DNA of 64,000 nt from IMG/VR virus record IMGVR_UViG_3300044712_000810, positions 1 through 64,000 of that record. One strand, 5' to 3'. Positions 1 through 10,242 of the stretch are shown piece by piece. The position numbers were made by a program, and so were the translations under genes. A model generated the notes under the pieces. It searched no databases. It was given only the letters and a program-made list of their open reading frames with translations, and was not told the origin of the DNA. Within the stretch, counting starts at the first letter, position 1, and every line of letters begins with the position of its first letter.

Positions 1-39
1 GTAAAAGATCAAAGTGCTAGTCCAACTTTAGCATCAAAT

Positions 40-459
40 ATGGTAACAATTTATACTGACGGCGGTGCTAGAGGAAATCCAGGTCCTGGAGGATGTGGTG
101 CTGTTATTAAAGATGGTTCCGGTAAGACTATAAAAGAAATTAGTGAGTTTCTTGGACACACCACAAATAATGTTGCCGAATATATGGGACTTGTTCGATC
201 TTTAGAGTTTATTATGCGTAATAAACCAGATAATGTAATTATTTACACTGACAGTAACCTTGTTGTAAATCAAATTCAAGGTAAGTTTAAAGTCAAAGAT
301 AGAAAAATTCAACCATTGCATAAATACTGCACCGATATGCTTAAGAAATTAAAATCATATCAAATCATGCATGTTAAACGCGAAAAGAATCGTGAAGCTG
401 ACGCACTCGCAAATAAAGCAATGGATGAAGGAATGTCGAGACTTGAAAAGAAGGAATAG
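40..459 (+). CDS. rnhA: Ribonuclease HI
   Basis: IYTDGGARGNPGPGGCG N-terminal motif, TNNVAEY, YTDSNLV and NREADALAN: the four acidic catalytic residues of RNase HI are present. Confidence 0.95.
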   Translation: MVTIYTDGGARGNPGPGGCGAVIKDGSGKTIKEISEFLGHTTNNVAEYMGLVRSLEFIMRNKPDNVIIYTDSNLVVNQIQGKFKVKDRKIQPLHKYCTDMLKKLKSYQIMHVKREKNREADALANKAMDEGMSRLEKKE

Positions 460-461
460 TT

Positions 462-779
462 GTGAATTATAAATTCTATGCAATAATTTCAGTTTGTATT
501 ATTTTTGAAATTATTGGAGACTACTTATTTAAGAAATGGACTATGACTAATAAAACGTGGGAACTTATTGTAGGAACAACAGGTTACATAATAAGTTCCC
601 TTTTATGGTTATATAGTCTAAAATATGAAGATTTATCGAAAGCATCTGTGATATTTATTGTATTGTCATTAGTTGCATTAACACTAATAGGCGTTTACTG
701 TTTCGATGAAACACTTACAACTCTTAACTGGATTGGCGTTGTTTTAGCAACAATTGCCATAATCTTGGTATCGGTATAA
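462..779 (+). CDS. Small multidrug resistance (SMR/DMT)-like four-helix membrane protein
   Basis: 105 aa, four hydrophobic segments, Glu in TM1 (FEIIGD), C-terminal FDETLTTLNWIGVVL typical of SMR/EamA. Confidence 0.7.
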   Translation: MNYKFYAIISVCIIFEIIGDYLFKKWTMTNKTWELIVGTTGYIISSLLWLYSLKYEDLSKASVIFIVLSLVALTLIGVYCFDETLTTLNWIGVVLATIAIILVSV

Positions 780-781
780 AT

Positions 782-1285
782 ATGGCAGAAGGAAAAACAA
801 ATAAAAACAAAGCTAAAGGCAACGCATATGAAAGAAAGGTTGCCAAAGAATTATCTTTGTGGATATTCGACGATGAACATATGTTAAAACGTGAGCCTAG
901 TTCAGGAGCACAAAAACATAGTTTCACCGGCGATATATTCCCATATAAACAAATACCATGGAAAAGATGGCCAATACATATTGAGACAAAGTCGGGGTAT
1001 GAAGATAGTATCCCGACTTTTCATAATTATAAAAAAGTCGAAAGTTGGTTTAGAAAAGCTCTTGAAGAATCTAAACTTAGTGGTCAACACTGCATATTAT
1101 TAATTTGTCAATTCAAACATCGCAACGCAATTGTTATTTCAAACACTTATCTAACCAACTTATTATTTTCAGTATGTTTTCCAATTAAGGTAGATAACGA
1201 TATAATGGCCGTATACGTATATGATTATAAAGAACTATTAAAATTAAACTTCGAAGACACTTTAAAATTCGAAGATTTAATTTAG
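782..1285 (+). CDS. Holliday junction resolvase-like PD-(D/E)XK nuclease
   Basis: KGNAYERKVAKEL...GDI...IETK motif pattern of Hjc-type phage resolvases. Confidence 0.75.
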   Translation: MAEGKTNKNKAKGNAYERKVAKELSLWIFDDEHMLKREPSSGAQKHSFTGDIFPYKQIPWKRWPIHIETKSGYEDSIPTFHNYKKVESWFRKALEESKLSGQHCILLICQFKHRNAIVISNTYLTNLLFSVCFPIKVDNDIMAVYVYDYKELLKLNFEDTLKFEDLI

Positions 1286-1294
1286 GAGAATATA

Positions 1295-4200
1295 ATGAAT
1301 TATTCAACAATAACACCAAATAGTGTTATACGAAATCAATTTAGAATAGACCAACCAGCAGTATTGGTCATGTTATCTGATAATGCTACTGCGCCAAATG
1401 TACTTAATAACATTCACACATCAGGACTATTACTTACAAACTGTGATGGACTAGTTATACCAAATAAAATGTTTACTATTGGACGTAAGAAATTCAATGG
1501 TAAAATACACTTACTTGATGTTAAGAAATCAATGCTACAACAGAGTACTGATTTGGCATCAATGAAAAAATTAAAGATATTAGCATCAGTACCAACAGAA
1601 AAGGTAAAAGGTAAAGTCGGTGAAGTTGAAAGTAATAAGTATTATATTTATGATGCTACTGTTATAAGTCAAGCATTTGTCGGATTACAAGAATCGTTTC
1701 CGGCGAAGATCTTATTGCATGTTCTTTTAAGTGAATTAACCAATATTTATAATGAAATTAAAAGAAGTAAACCATCATTACAAGTCGATCCTATTATATT
1801 CATCTCAAATCCACAAAGTCCACTCGCACAAATGTTAAGAAATATCAGAATGATGATTCAAGAAAAAGAATTATCTGAAATGACATTTTTTGATAATTAC
1901 TTTCTTGTTAATGTTGGAAATCAAACTACAATACCAATTTTCTTTAAAGATAAATCAGTAACACATATTAATACAAATATGTTAAATAAAGTATTTGACA
2001 TACTTGATGCACTTCCATCACCAATGGAAAATCAATCTCCAGTACAAGCAGATACTGAAAATCTTTCAATAAAAGATAAACCAGAACCTTCAACGTTCTT
2101 ACAAGGTATTGTAAAAGATATCGGACAAAAGAATTTAATTAAAACCGATATTATCGACGATGAACTCAAAGTTGAAATCGATAAACGTGAATTATCAAAA
2201 ATCTTTAAGAAATATAAAATCGAAAACCCAGATATTATTGCAAACGTTAAATCGGCTATTGATGCGTATGTACAAAATAAAGGTGAAAAACTCACACAAG
2301 ATGAAGCCGAAAGAACAGTTCTTAAAGCTATTAACTTTACAATTCACGGAACCGATGAAGTATCTGAGGAATATCTAGCCAGACCAAGATTACTATTTAA
2401 CAAACTCAATGAAATCAAAACATATCAAGTTCCACTTAAATTCCCAAACATGGCATCTTACACAGTGAATCCAGCAGATGTCATCGATATCAAACATACA
2501 TGTGGACAAAACAGACAACAATTTGAGTTTACTGAAACTATTCATGAAAACATTGCAAAACTATTTAGTTCTATCGAAAACGTATCATCAAATCCAATTA
2601 AAGTTGTTAAAATTGAACATGATGTGCGCGATAACGATCTTGATAGATATATTTTATACAAGATTACACTTCAAAATATGACTGGTGAAAACAAACAACC
2701 ATATTCGGTCGAACTCAAAGTTCCAGCACCAGTTAATGAACGTTACTTTAAGCTTCGCGGCAACCACTATATTATTTCAACACAACAATACTTCAGACCA
2801 ATTACTAAAACCGATAAAACTGAAGTTCGTATTCTTACAAACTATGCCATGATTCGTATCGGCATCAAGAATATGAAGTTTAACCCAAGTGATGTTAACG
2901 ATATTATTAACTATATGAAAATTAAGTATCCACGCTTAATGTCTGAAGTACAAGATAACTTTGTATCTTTTAAAGATAATTCAGCAGTATTCTTTGATGG
3001 TAACTTAGTTTATAAACAAGGTCCATTTGAAGTGTTTATTGATGAAGAAACAAACAGACTAAAAGATACAAATGGAAATGAAATCAAGAATGGTCGTTTC
3101 GAATATATTTATGAAATATTAGCACAAAAGATTTTAATGGCCGATCCTAACGATAAATTAACCAAAACAAAACTTAGTATCCCATACTTCCAGATTCACA
3201 TCATGGGTATTAAACTTCCATTAATATTATATCTTTGGTCACAAAAAGGTCTTCTTGGTGCTCTTAATGATTTTGGTGTTGATTATAAAATCGAAGACGA
3301 ACCAAGTGGCGGAGTATCTGTTGCCACTGCAAATAATAAGTTTTTAAATATCTCACCAAAGAATATTCGTGAAAAACTATTAGTCAATGGTATTATCGCA
3401 GCAAGAATTAAAGAAGTTATAAATGATTTAACAGATAAAGAAGCAATTTATAACCACTTAGCACAAAACTATGGTTCACGCGCAATTATCAACTTTAATC
3501 TTGCTACTGAAAACCTTATTGACCCAATTACAAAAGAATTGTTAGAATTCGAAAACTTGCCAACTAACGTTCCTGCGCTTATTACTGGTCGTGCACTCGA
3601 TATGCTTCTTAACCAAAAACAAGATAACCTTGCAGATCTTAAAATCTATCGTGCAAGAATGAGTGAGCTTATTCTTAATGCTACTTATAAACTGATTAAA
3701 CAGGCACATAACCACTACACAACTAAAATATCATACGGTGACGCCAAAGCTAAAATCGAATTCTTCGATCCTGATTATATTATTACTAACATTTTAAGTG
3801 ATATCGGTGTTCTAACAAACACGGAACCTGTTAACCCAATTGACGAAATCATGCTTGCGTCGAAAGTTATTAAAACTGGTAAAGGTGGCGTTCCTAACAG
3901 ACGTGCATTCAAACCAGAGCAAAGAAATATACATGAATCAATGTATGGAATCATTGGCGCAAACAGTACATCTGAAACAACTAACGTTGGTCTTGTTGGT
4001 CACCATACACTTACGCCAGTTATTACAAACAAGTTCGGTTCATATGGTGCAAAAGATATTACCAGTCTTTCTGGTTGGAATATCCTTGCTCTTGATGAAT
4101 TACTTACACCATTTCAAAACTCTGTTGACGCGGGCCGTATGGTAATGGCAAGAACACACGCATCACAAATCACACCAGTAAACAACGCTGAAGCACCGTT

Positions 4201-5923
4201 AGTAGGTACTGGAGCACAATTTATCGTTGGACAATTAGCTAGCCCAAGATTCGTACATAGAGCTAAACGTGATGGTGTTGTTACTGCAATTGAAAAAGAT
4301 CGTACAATGACTGTAAAATATTCTGACGGTTCAATTGAAAGTTTAGATATACTTCCAAGATTAAGTAGAACTCGTCGTGGTTCATTCATTAGTCTTGAAA
4401 TGATTCCAGTCGAAGTCGGCCAAAAGTTCTTAAAGAATCAAATCATTGCTAGAAGTAAGAGTTTTAGTGAAGATGGTATTTATTGTTCCGGTAAAAACGT
4501 CAGTATTGCTGTAATGAACTATATGGGTTATTCGCATGAAGACGCATATGTAGTTTCACAAGACTGGGCAAAAGAAACAACAACTGATGTTATTAAAGAA
4601 GTTAGTGTTATTATTCCACCAGAGACTAAAATTCTTAATATGGTTAGAGAAAATAAATCAGTAAGCAACGGTGAAACACTTGTAGAATTCGTATATGAAG
4701 AAGCACTTGAAAACTATCTTGAAATGAATAACATTGCTCTTAGCGAAGATGATGAAGAAATTTCAAACTACGCTAAAGGTGATCATACAATTAAAACCAT
4801 TGCACCTCAAGGTGAAATTGTTGATATTAAAATATTCATAAACAATAAAAATAGTGTTGATAAATCATTACTCGGATTCCATGATGACATGACAAAACGC
4901 GATAGAAAAACACTTGCAACACTTACTAAAAATAGATCAGAAAACAAAGATATTATTAGTGCATCAGATAACATGCGTTTGAGTTATTTCACCATTGGAA
5001 ATCATAAACATAAAGGCGCAGACTTCCTAGGTGCCAAGATTGTTTATTATGTAAAACAAACAAAGATCATGAGAGAAGGTGATAAAATCGCCAATAGATA
5101 TGGAGCTAAAGGTGTTATTAGTAAAATCTTAACACAAGCACCAAAAGGTGAATTTACACCACGTATTGACTGTTTCATTAGTCCTGCCGGTGTATTCTCA
5201 AGAAAGAACGTATCATTTATTAAAGAACTTTATATCGGTAAAATCTTTAAACACTTAAATGATAAAATTATCGAAATGGCTAATGATCAAACAGTTAAAA
5301 CAGAAACTATTATTAAAACGATTGTTGAAACATATAAAATAATTAGTACACAAAAAATGGTTGATGCGATTAAAAGTAATATAAATACATATAATAGTTT
5401 AAATACATTAAGAAATAATATTAAAAATGGTAAGTTTAAGTTATATTACTTAATTGAACCATTTGACAATATTGGATTTGGAAAGATTAAATTATGTGCG
5501 GAGTTTTTAAATATCCCATTAGATGAAAAAGTTTACATTCCAGAATTAGGGACATGGACTGACGTACCAGTTCCAGTTGGAGTAAGTTATTATCAAGCAC
5601 TCGAACACTATTCTGACGTATATAGTAACGTTCGTGGAAGTGAAAAATATCAAAGTCTAACAAGACAACCAACACACGGTAAAAGCCGTCAAGGTGGTCA
5701 AGCATTAGGTAACCTCGACGTTCAAGCATTACTTTCACTTGAAGCACAAAACATACTTGAAGAATTGCTTGGCCCAAGATCTGACCAACATATTCCAAAA
5801 CGTGCTATTTACAACAATATCATCGAATATGGTGAAACTCCAAATATGCCTCGCACTGGTTATGGTGGAACAAAGGACTTGTTCGATATTTATATGGTCG
5901 GACTTGGACTTGAAATGAAATAA
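1295..5923 (+). CDS. Phage multisubunit RNA polymerase beta-like subunit with long N-terminal extension
   Basis: GYSHEDA (beta metal-binding Asp region), GDKIANRYGAKGVIS, RQPTHGKSRQGGQALG and GRMVMARTHASQ resemble conserved RpoB segments. Confidence 0.9.
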   Translation: MNYSTITPNSVIRNQFRIDQPAVLVMLSDNATAPNVLNNIHTSGLLLTNCDGLVIPNKMFTIGRKKFNGKIHLLDVKKSMLQQSTDLASMKKLKILASVPTEKVKGKVGEVESNKYYIYDATVISQAFVGLQESFPAKILLHVLLSELTNIYNEIKRSKPSLQVDPIIFISNPQSPLAQMLRNIRMMIQEKELSEMTFFDNYFLVNVGNQTTIPIFFKDKSVTHINTNMLNKVFDILDALPSPMENQSPVQADTENLSIKDKPEPSTFLQGIVKDIGQKNLIKTDIIDDELKVEIDKRELSKIFKKYKIENPDIIANVKSAIDAYVQNKGEKLTQDEAERTVLKAINFTIHGTDEVSEEYLARPRLLFNKLNEIKTYQVPLKFPNMASYTVNPADVIDIKHTCGQNRQQFEFTETIHENIAKLFSSIENVSSNPIKVVKIEHDVRDNDLDRYILYKITLQNMTGENKQPYSVELKVPAPVNERYFKLRGNHYIISTQQYFRPITKTDKTEVRILTNYAMIRIGIKNMKFNPSDVNDIINYMKIKYPRLMSEVQDNFVSFKDNSAVFFDGNLVYKQGPFEVFIDEETNRLKDTNGNEIKNGRFEYIYEILAQKILMADPNDKLTKTKLSIPYFQIHIMGIKLPLILYLWSQKGLLGALNDFGVDYKIEDEPSGGVSVATANNKFLNISPKNIREKLLVNGIIAARIKEVINDLTDKEAIYNHLAQNYGSRAIINFNLATENLIDPITKELLEFENLPTNVPALITGRALDMLLNQKQDNLADLKIYRARMSELILNATYKLIKQAHNHYTTKISYGDAKAKIEFFDPDYIITNILSDIGVLTNTEPVNPIDEIMLASKVIKTGKGGVPNRRAFKPEQRNIHESMYGIIGANSTSETTNVGLVGHHTLTPVITNKFGSYGAKDITSLSGWNILALDELLTPFQNSVDAGRMVMARTHASQITPVNNAEAPLVGTGAQFIVGQLASPRFVHRAKRDGVVTAIEKDRTMTVKYSDGSIESLDILPRLSRTRRGSFISLEMIPVEVGQKFLKNQIIARSKSFSEDGIYCSGKNVSIAVMNYMGYSHEDAYVVSQDWAKETTTDVIKEVSVIIPPETKILNMVRENKSVSNGETLVEFVYEEALENYLEMNNIALSEDDEEISNYAKGDHTIKTIAPQGEIVDIKIFINNKNSVDKSLLGFHDDMTKRDRKTLATLTKNRSENKDIISASDNMRLSYFTIGNHKHKGADFLGAKIVYYVKQTKIMREGDKIANRYGAKGVISKILTQAPKGEFTPRIDCFISPAGVFSRKNVSFIKELYIGKIFKHLNDKIIEMANDQTVKTETIIKTIVETYKIISTQKMVDAIKSNINTYNSLNTLRNNIKNGKFKLYYLIEPFDNIGFGKIKLCAEFLNIPLDEKVYIPELGTWTDVPVPVGVSYYQALEHYSDVYSNVRGSEKYQSLTRQPTHGKSRQGGQALGNLDVQALLSLEAQNILEELLGPRSDQHIPKRAIYNNIIEYGETPNMPRTGYGGTKDLFDIYMVGLGLEMK

Positions 5924-6048
5924 TTTAATAATGTCTAAATTAATATAAAAATATTAACAGTATAACTCCGAAGTCGGTACATTTACTTTAGCATATTCAT
6001 AGGGCCTTTACCCCGAGGCCCTATGAAATTTTTTAATAATCTAATTTT

Positions 6049-6060
6049 TCGTATAGAAAT
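6049..6060 (+). promoter_or_regulatory. Copy of the TCRTATAGAAAT putative phage promoter motif
   Basis: TCGTATAGAAAT after a hairpin at ~6001-6023 and upstream of the GGAGG RBS of the 6113 gene; one of 14 copies. Confidence 0.7.
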
Positions 6061-6112
6061 AATAAGTGTGCCAAGACCTAATTACTTTACTCAAACCTTT
6101 GGAGGATCCATC

Positions 6113-6685
6113 ATGCAGAAGATCGTTGTTTTTCTTTGTCCCAACCAGGACCCGGACGGCAAGGTTCAGTTCAACATGAACGGCGAAGTCTTCACCCTCG
6201 CGCACACCACCGACGAAAAGGGCAAGGGCGTGAAGATCGAAAAGGATGACCAGGAAAAGACCTGGATCATCGACGCCATCCACAAGGCCGCGCGCGACCT
6301 GGTGAACGAACACACGGACAACAACGCGATTCCTCGCGTGAAGTTCCTCCCGAGCTTCGTGATCCGCAAGCGGAACCAGGAAACCGGGGAGACCCACGTT
6401 TCCATGACGTTCCATCACCGGATCGCTACCCGTTTCGAGGCGGACCTCGAATCCAAGACCCTGAACAAGATCGGCAACGTGCTGGTCAACCTCGAGGTCA
6501 TGGAAGGCAACATCGACAAGTGGGCATCCTGCGAGTACGGCAACCGTCCTCCCATGAAGACCTTCCGTCGCAACACCGGTGCCAAGGTCGCCAGCTCCGG
6601 CGGCGAAGCCACCACCAACATGGGCGACGAGATCGCCAAGGCATCCGCCAAGAAAGGCAAGAAGGCCTCCGGCGGAGACGCGTAA
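6113..6685 (+). CDS. Hypothetical protein with GC-rich codon usage
   Basis: GGAGG RBS before ATG 6113; C/G-ending codons contrast with flanking genes; Lys/Ala-rich tail. Confidence 0.8.
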   Translation: MQKIVVFLCPNQDPDGKVQFNMNGEVFTLAHTTDEKGKGVKIEKDDQEKTWIIDAIHKAARDLVNEHTDNNAIPRVKFLPSFVIRKRNQETGETHVSMTFHHRIATRFEADLESKTLNKIGNVLVNLEVMEGNIDKWASCEYGNRPPMKTFRRNTGAKVASSGGEATTNMGDEIAKASAKKGKKASGGDA

Positions 6686-6757
6686 ACAAACCTCTACAAG
6701 GTGGGGGGTTCCTTTGGGACCCCCTACCCGTTTTTATTATTACAGGAGTAAACATGA

Positions 6758-7126
6758 ATGTTAAGGTTTCCACTAAATTGCTGGATTACTTTTTTAACAG
6801 ATGGTAAATTTTTTATTGGTCGTATAATAAATGCTGGCGAAAAGTTTTTAACTATCGTCGATTTAGTCGAAAGAGTAATGACGCCAACAGGCGAGTATTT
6901 ATATACTGATAATATTCTCGGTGGAAAATGGTATTTCGACCGTAATAAAATAAGCTGTTTTAAACGTCTTGATGAAAAAAGTATGTTTGCTGAAGAAAAT
7001 GAATATAATGAAAACATGCAAAAAACATATAAAGATGCAATAGCAGAAAGTAGAAGATCCGAATTTAGAATAATAAAGAAGATAGAACCGGTATTTGATG
7101 AACAGGAGATCAATAATGGCAAATAA
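6758..7126 (+). CDS. Hypothetical protein
   Basis: ORF with upstream AGGAG, co-oriented and tightly packed. Confidence 0.7.
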   Translation: MLRFPLNCWITFLTDGKFFIGRIINAGEKFLTIVDLVERVMTPTGEYLYTDNILGGKWYFDRNKISCFKRLDEKSMFAEENEYNENMQKTYKDAIAESRRSEFRIIKKIEPVFDEQEINNGK

Positions 7127-7556
7127 GATTGTTATTGGTGCTGAAGATGGAATTAATATTAAAGATAAAAGTAATATGAATCCAGAACCACCAAGAGAAA
7201 AAGTTGAATTATTACATGAAAAATTATTCAGTCAATATGGTATAGATCCTACAGAATTATATAAAGATGGAAGAAAATTAAAAAATATTCCAAAAGATTG
7301 GATTAGAGATATTATTATTGAGAATGCGAAATCTACTGGATTTGAAATAATGAATCAAACATTTGATCCAGAAACCAGAATGGTTTCATTCGGTATTGGC
7401 CGTTTGTGTGAAGAATTCTACACACAATTTAATGTAAACTTATTTGAAAGCGTAAATAAATCACTCGAAGCAAAAGGTGAAAATCCTTACGATTACATGC
7501 GTGTAATCGTAATGAACATTACTGTCGATGAAGGTTACGTTAATATTAGATATTAA
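7116..7556 (+). CDS. Hypothetical protein
   Basis: AGGAG before ATG 7116; tightly packed. Confidence 0.7.
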   Translation: MANKIVIGAEDGINIKDKSNMNPEPPREKVELLHEKLFSQYGIDPTELYKDGRKLKNIPKDWIRDIIIENAKSTGFEIMNQTFDPETRMVSFGIGRLCEEFYTQFNVNLFESVNKSLEAKGENPYDYMRVIVMNITVDEGYVNIRY

Positions 7557-7567
7557 GGAGCTTAATA

Positions 7568-8425
7568 ATGGGTCTGGAATTGGAAAATATTTTACAACAA
7601 GCGGAATCCGTACTTGAAGCAGAAACTCCAATCGAGTCGTCTGAATCACCTCTTGATTCAGTTGCTGAAAAACCAGCTACCGTAGATGGAATGGTTGCAA
7701 AAATCTCACCTGCAAACTGGGATATGTTCAGTAAAGTACTAGGATTTCTTGAAAAATCTTCTATTATAATTAAAGATAGTGCGATTTCACAAAATATTAA
7801 TGGATCAATTGTAGTTGCCGATATCAGTAAGATTTTTGGCGGCGAAAAGATTAATCTTGAAATTATGAATCCAAAGAAAACAATTAAGTTATTTAAACAA
7901 TTTAGAAATAACTCTGATGTTTATATTTATAAAGATGATGAAAACAGTAGATTTGTTGTAACTAATGGCGAAATTCGCCTATTCATGCCACAACAAGTTG
8001 AAGCAATTACTGAAAGTGCAAAACTTCCAGAAGATCTCGCAAAATCTACATTATTGTATTCATTTACTTTGGATAAAATTCAATCTAAAGCAGTTCAAGA
8101 AATTACAAGTGATTCAAATTATATTGAATATATTGTACAAGATGATAAAGTAAAAGCTTTACATATTCCAGAAACCGCTATTTATATATTTAATGAATTC
8201 TTAAGTGATCCGAAAACCGCAAAACTAGATGAAACAAATGCCGATAAACTTTTAAGATCCGACGTATTTCTTCCAGTAAAATCCGACGAATACAAGATTA
8301 ATATCGGACAACTTCCTGATAAAACATATTTCAGTTATGTCGAATGTAATATCGGATACGAAGGCGTTAATGTTTCAATCTATGAGGACTTAAAAGATGC
8401 AACCGGCGGAAACTTGTTCGGATAA
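7568..8425 (+). CDS. Putative DNA sliding clamp (T4 gp45-like)
   Basis: SSIIIKDSAISQNINGSIVVADISKIF...RFVVTNGEIRLFMP aligns by eye with gp45 SGIMLKSG...YAEANISDVI...IKIADARSTIFWP; clamp-loader gene in the same window. Confidence 0.5.
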   Translation: MGLELENILQQAESVLEAETPIESSESPLDSVAEKPATVDGMVAKISPANWDMFSKVLGFLEKSSIIIKDSAISQNINGSIVVADISKIFGGEKINLEIMNPKKTIKLFKQFRNNSDVYIYKDDENSRFVVTNGEIRLFMPQQVEAITESAKLPEDLAKSTLLYSFTLDKIQSKAVQEITSDSNYIEYIVQDDKVKALHIPETAIYIFNEFLSDPKTAKLDETNADKLLRSDVFLPVKSDEYKINIGQLPDKTYFSYVECNIGYEGVNVSIYEDLKDATGGNLFG

Positions 8426-8558
8426 AGATATTAAAATATCCAAACGCCAATTTATTAAAATATGGGATATAGCAACTGAAGCTGAAAACTATGATAAATC
8501 GGTTTTTAGATATATTAGAGATAAACTAGTCAATCAAGGACTTCTTGAAAAAGATTAA
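8397..8558 (+). CDS. Small hypothetical protein (53 aa, not in ORF track)
   Basis: Hand translation MQPAETCSDKDIKISKRQFIKIWDIATEAENYDKSVFRYIRDKLVNQGLLEKD; GAGG upstream; fills the gap between genes. Confidence 0.5.
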   Translation: MQPAETCSDKDIKISKRQFIKIWDIATEAENYDKSVFRYIRDKLVNQGLLEKD

Positions 8559-8583
8559 TAATAATATTTATTAGGAGTAATAA

Positions 8584-9225
8584 ATGGATATTACAACATT
8601 AGATTCTGCGGAACATGCAGTTGTCCTACAAGACAATTATATGGACCGCGATTTACTTAACACTTTTGAAGACGCTTTAAAACAACAATACATTAATTTA
8701 GATAACCTTGGTATCGATCTACTTGAAAATTTCAATATTTCAAATACTGACTACAAAGTAGAAATATATCAAAACATGCTAGACTATGTGAATGAAAATT
8801 ATGCAGCTATTGTCGACTTCGACGCAGCTATGACATCAGTACAAAAATTATTTGAAGTTGGTGATTACGTTTACAAATTTATATGTGTTGATTGTTTCAA
8901 TACTGTACTCCCTAAATTTATATCTAGTATAGACTGCATTGATATTTCTACTTTTGATTCCATAATTAGAACCAAGTTTAACTACACTTATTCTACAGTT
9001 AAAGCATCTTTGCTAAAGTGTGTAAAGTCTTCTTCGGAGGAGTTAATTAAACTCCAAAAAATAGACCCCACTGTAGTAAACGATGCGAAATATTTGAGGC
9101 TGGTCAATAGATACAGCTATTACATAGAGTTAGTTGATTTCGGGGATACCGAAAGATTCTTAAATAATTACATAAGACCAGTTCTCTCAAAGAATTTCGC
9201 ACAAATTCTTTGGAGGACCATGTAA
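8584..9225 (+). CDS. Hypothetical protein
   Basis: 213 aa ORF, AGGAG RBS. Confidence 0.75.
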   Translation: MDITTLDSAEHAVVLQDNYMDRDLLNTFEDALKQQYINLDNLGIDLLENFNISNTDYKVEIYQNMLDYVNENYAAIVDFDAAMTSVQKLFEVGDYVYKFICVDCFNTVLPKFISSIDCIDISTFDSIIRTKFNYTYSTVKASLLKCVKSSSEELIKLQKIDPTVVNDAKYLRLVNRYSYYIELVDFGDTERFLNNYIRPVLSKNFAQILWRTM

Positions 9226-9366
9226 GCATGGAGACAATCCTATTTTGCGCATTAATCTTTTGTGTACTTAAATTAAGAGAAAATCATACAAGTAAAACTT
9301 ATAGTCAAGCTTCTAAATCATACAGGACATATTATAGAGACCAATTCACAAAATAACGGAGACAAC

Positions 9367-9747
9367 ATGTCAACTTTATACGATGCATTAATCAAACAAT
9401 ACATGGACCTTCGTGACCAAGAGAAAGAGTTTAAACAAAAGAAAGATGAAATACGTGAACAGATAGCCAGTTTGATGCACGATGAAGGCGTTTGTGATAA
9501 AATGCTTGAAATCGACGGTAAAGAATATTTGTGCACATACCAAGGTCGCGAAACACTCAAATGCAACTACGACGCATTACTTGAAACAGTCGGACAAAAC
9601 GTTTTCAACCAACTAGTATCCAAAAATGAAAGTGTAACACTATATATTAAAGAAGCACCGAAAGGCAAAGCTAAGGGAAAATCGTTTAGTTCACCAAAGC
9701 CATTGGATGATAACTTACCGAAACCACCCAAAGGCATTTTCAGTTAG
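9367..9747 (+). CDS. Hypothetical protein with N-terminal coiled coil
   Basis: GGAG RBS; followed by GC hairpin plus T-tract at ~9753-9778. Confidence 0.75.
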   Translation: MSTLYDALIKQYMDLRDQEKEFKQKKDEIREQIASLMHDEGVCDKMLEIDGKEYLCTYQGRETLKCNYDALLETVGQNVFNQLVSKNESVTLYIKEAPKGKAKGKSFSSPKPLDDNLPKPPKGIFS

Positions 9748-9789
9748 TATAACCGGGGGTCGAAAGGCCCCCTTTTTAAGGAGTTAAAA

Positions 9790-10242
9790 ATGCAATTCAC
9801 AGTTTATATTAGAACAACTACTGACGATTTTGTTGTTGATTTGGATGAAAAAGAAATCGGCCTAGCACTTGTTAATCAAATACGCACTCTAGTAAATTCA
9901 CCAACGGTTTCTATTGCAGATATTGAAGGAACTATTCCAAATTATTATGCAGAAACATATACAATTGAACTTACTGAAGATGAAGCCGCATTAACCGGAT
10001 TATTTAATAATTCTTGTTCAATCGATGTAATAACTAAACCACTTACACTGAATCGTTACTTTGAAGAAGCATTGAATATTGAAACAAAACCTTATGGAAT
10101 GATTCGTGTATTCAATAAAAAGAGATTCATTACTGATTGGGCAAATCAGAAATATGATACATTCTTCCGCGACCCTTCTATAATTGAAAGACGTGAAGAA
10201 TTCAACCCTATGCCAAAGAAGAACACTTACGATGGACAATAA
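9790..10242 (+). CDS. Hypothetical protein
   Basis: AAGGAG RBS, 150 aa. Confidence 0.75.
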   Translation: MQFTVYIRTTTDDFVVDLDEKEIGLALVNQIRTLVNSPTVSIADIEGTIPNYYAETYTIELTEDEAALTGLFNNSCSIDVITKPLTLNRYFEEALNIETKPYGMIRVFNKKRFITDWANQKYDTFFRDPSIIERREEFNPMPKKNTYDGQ

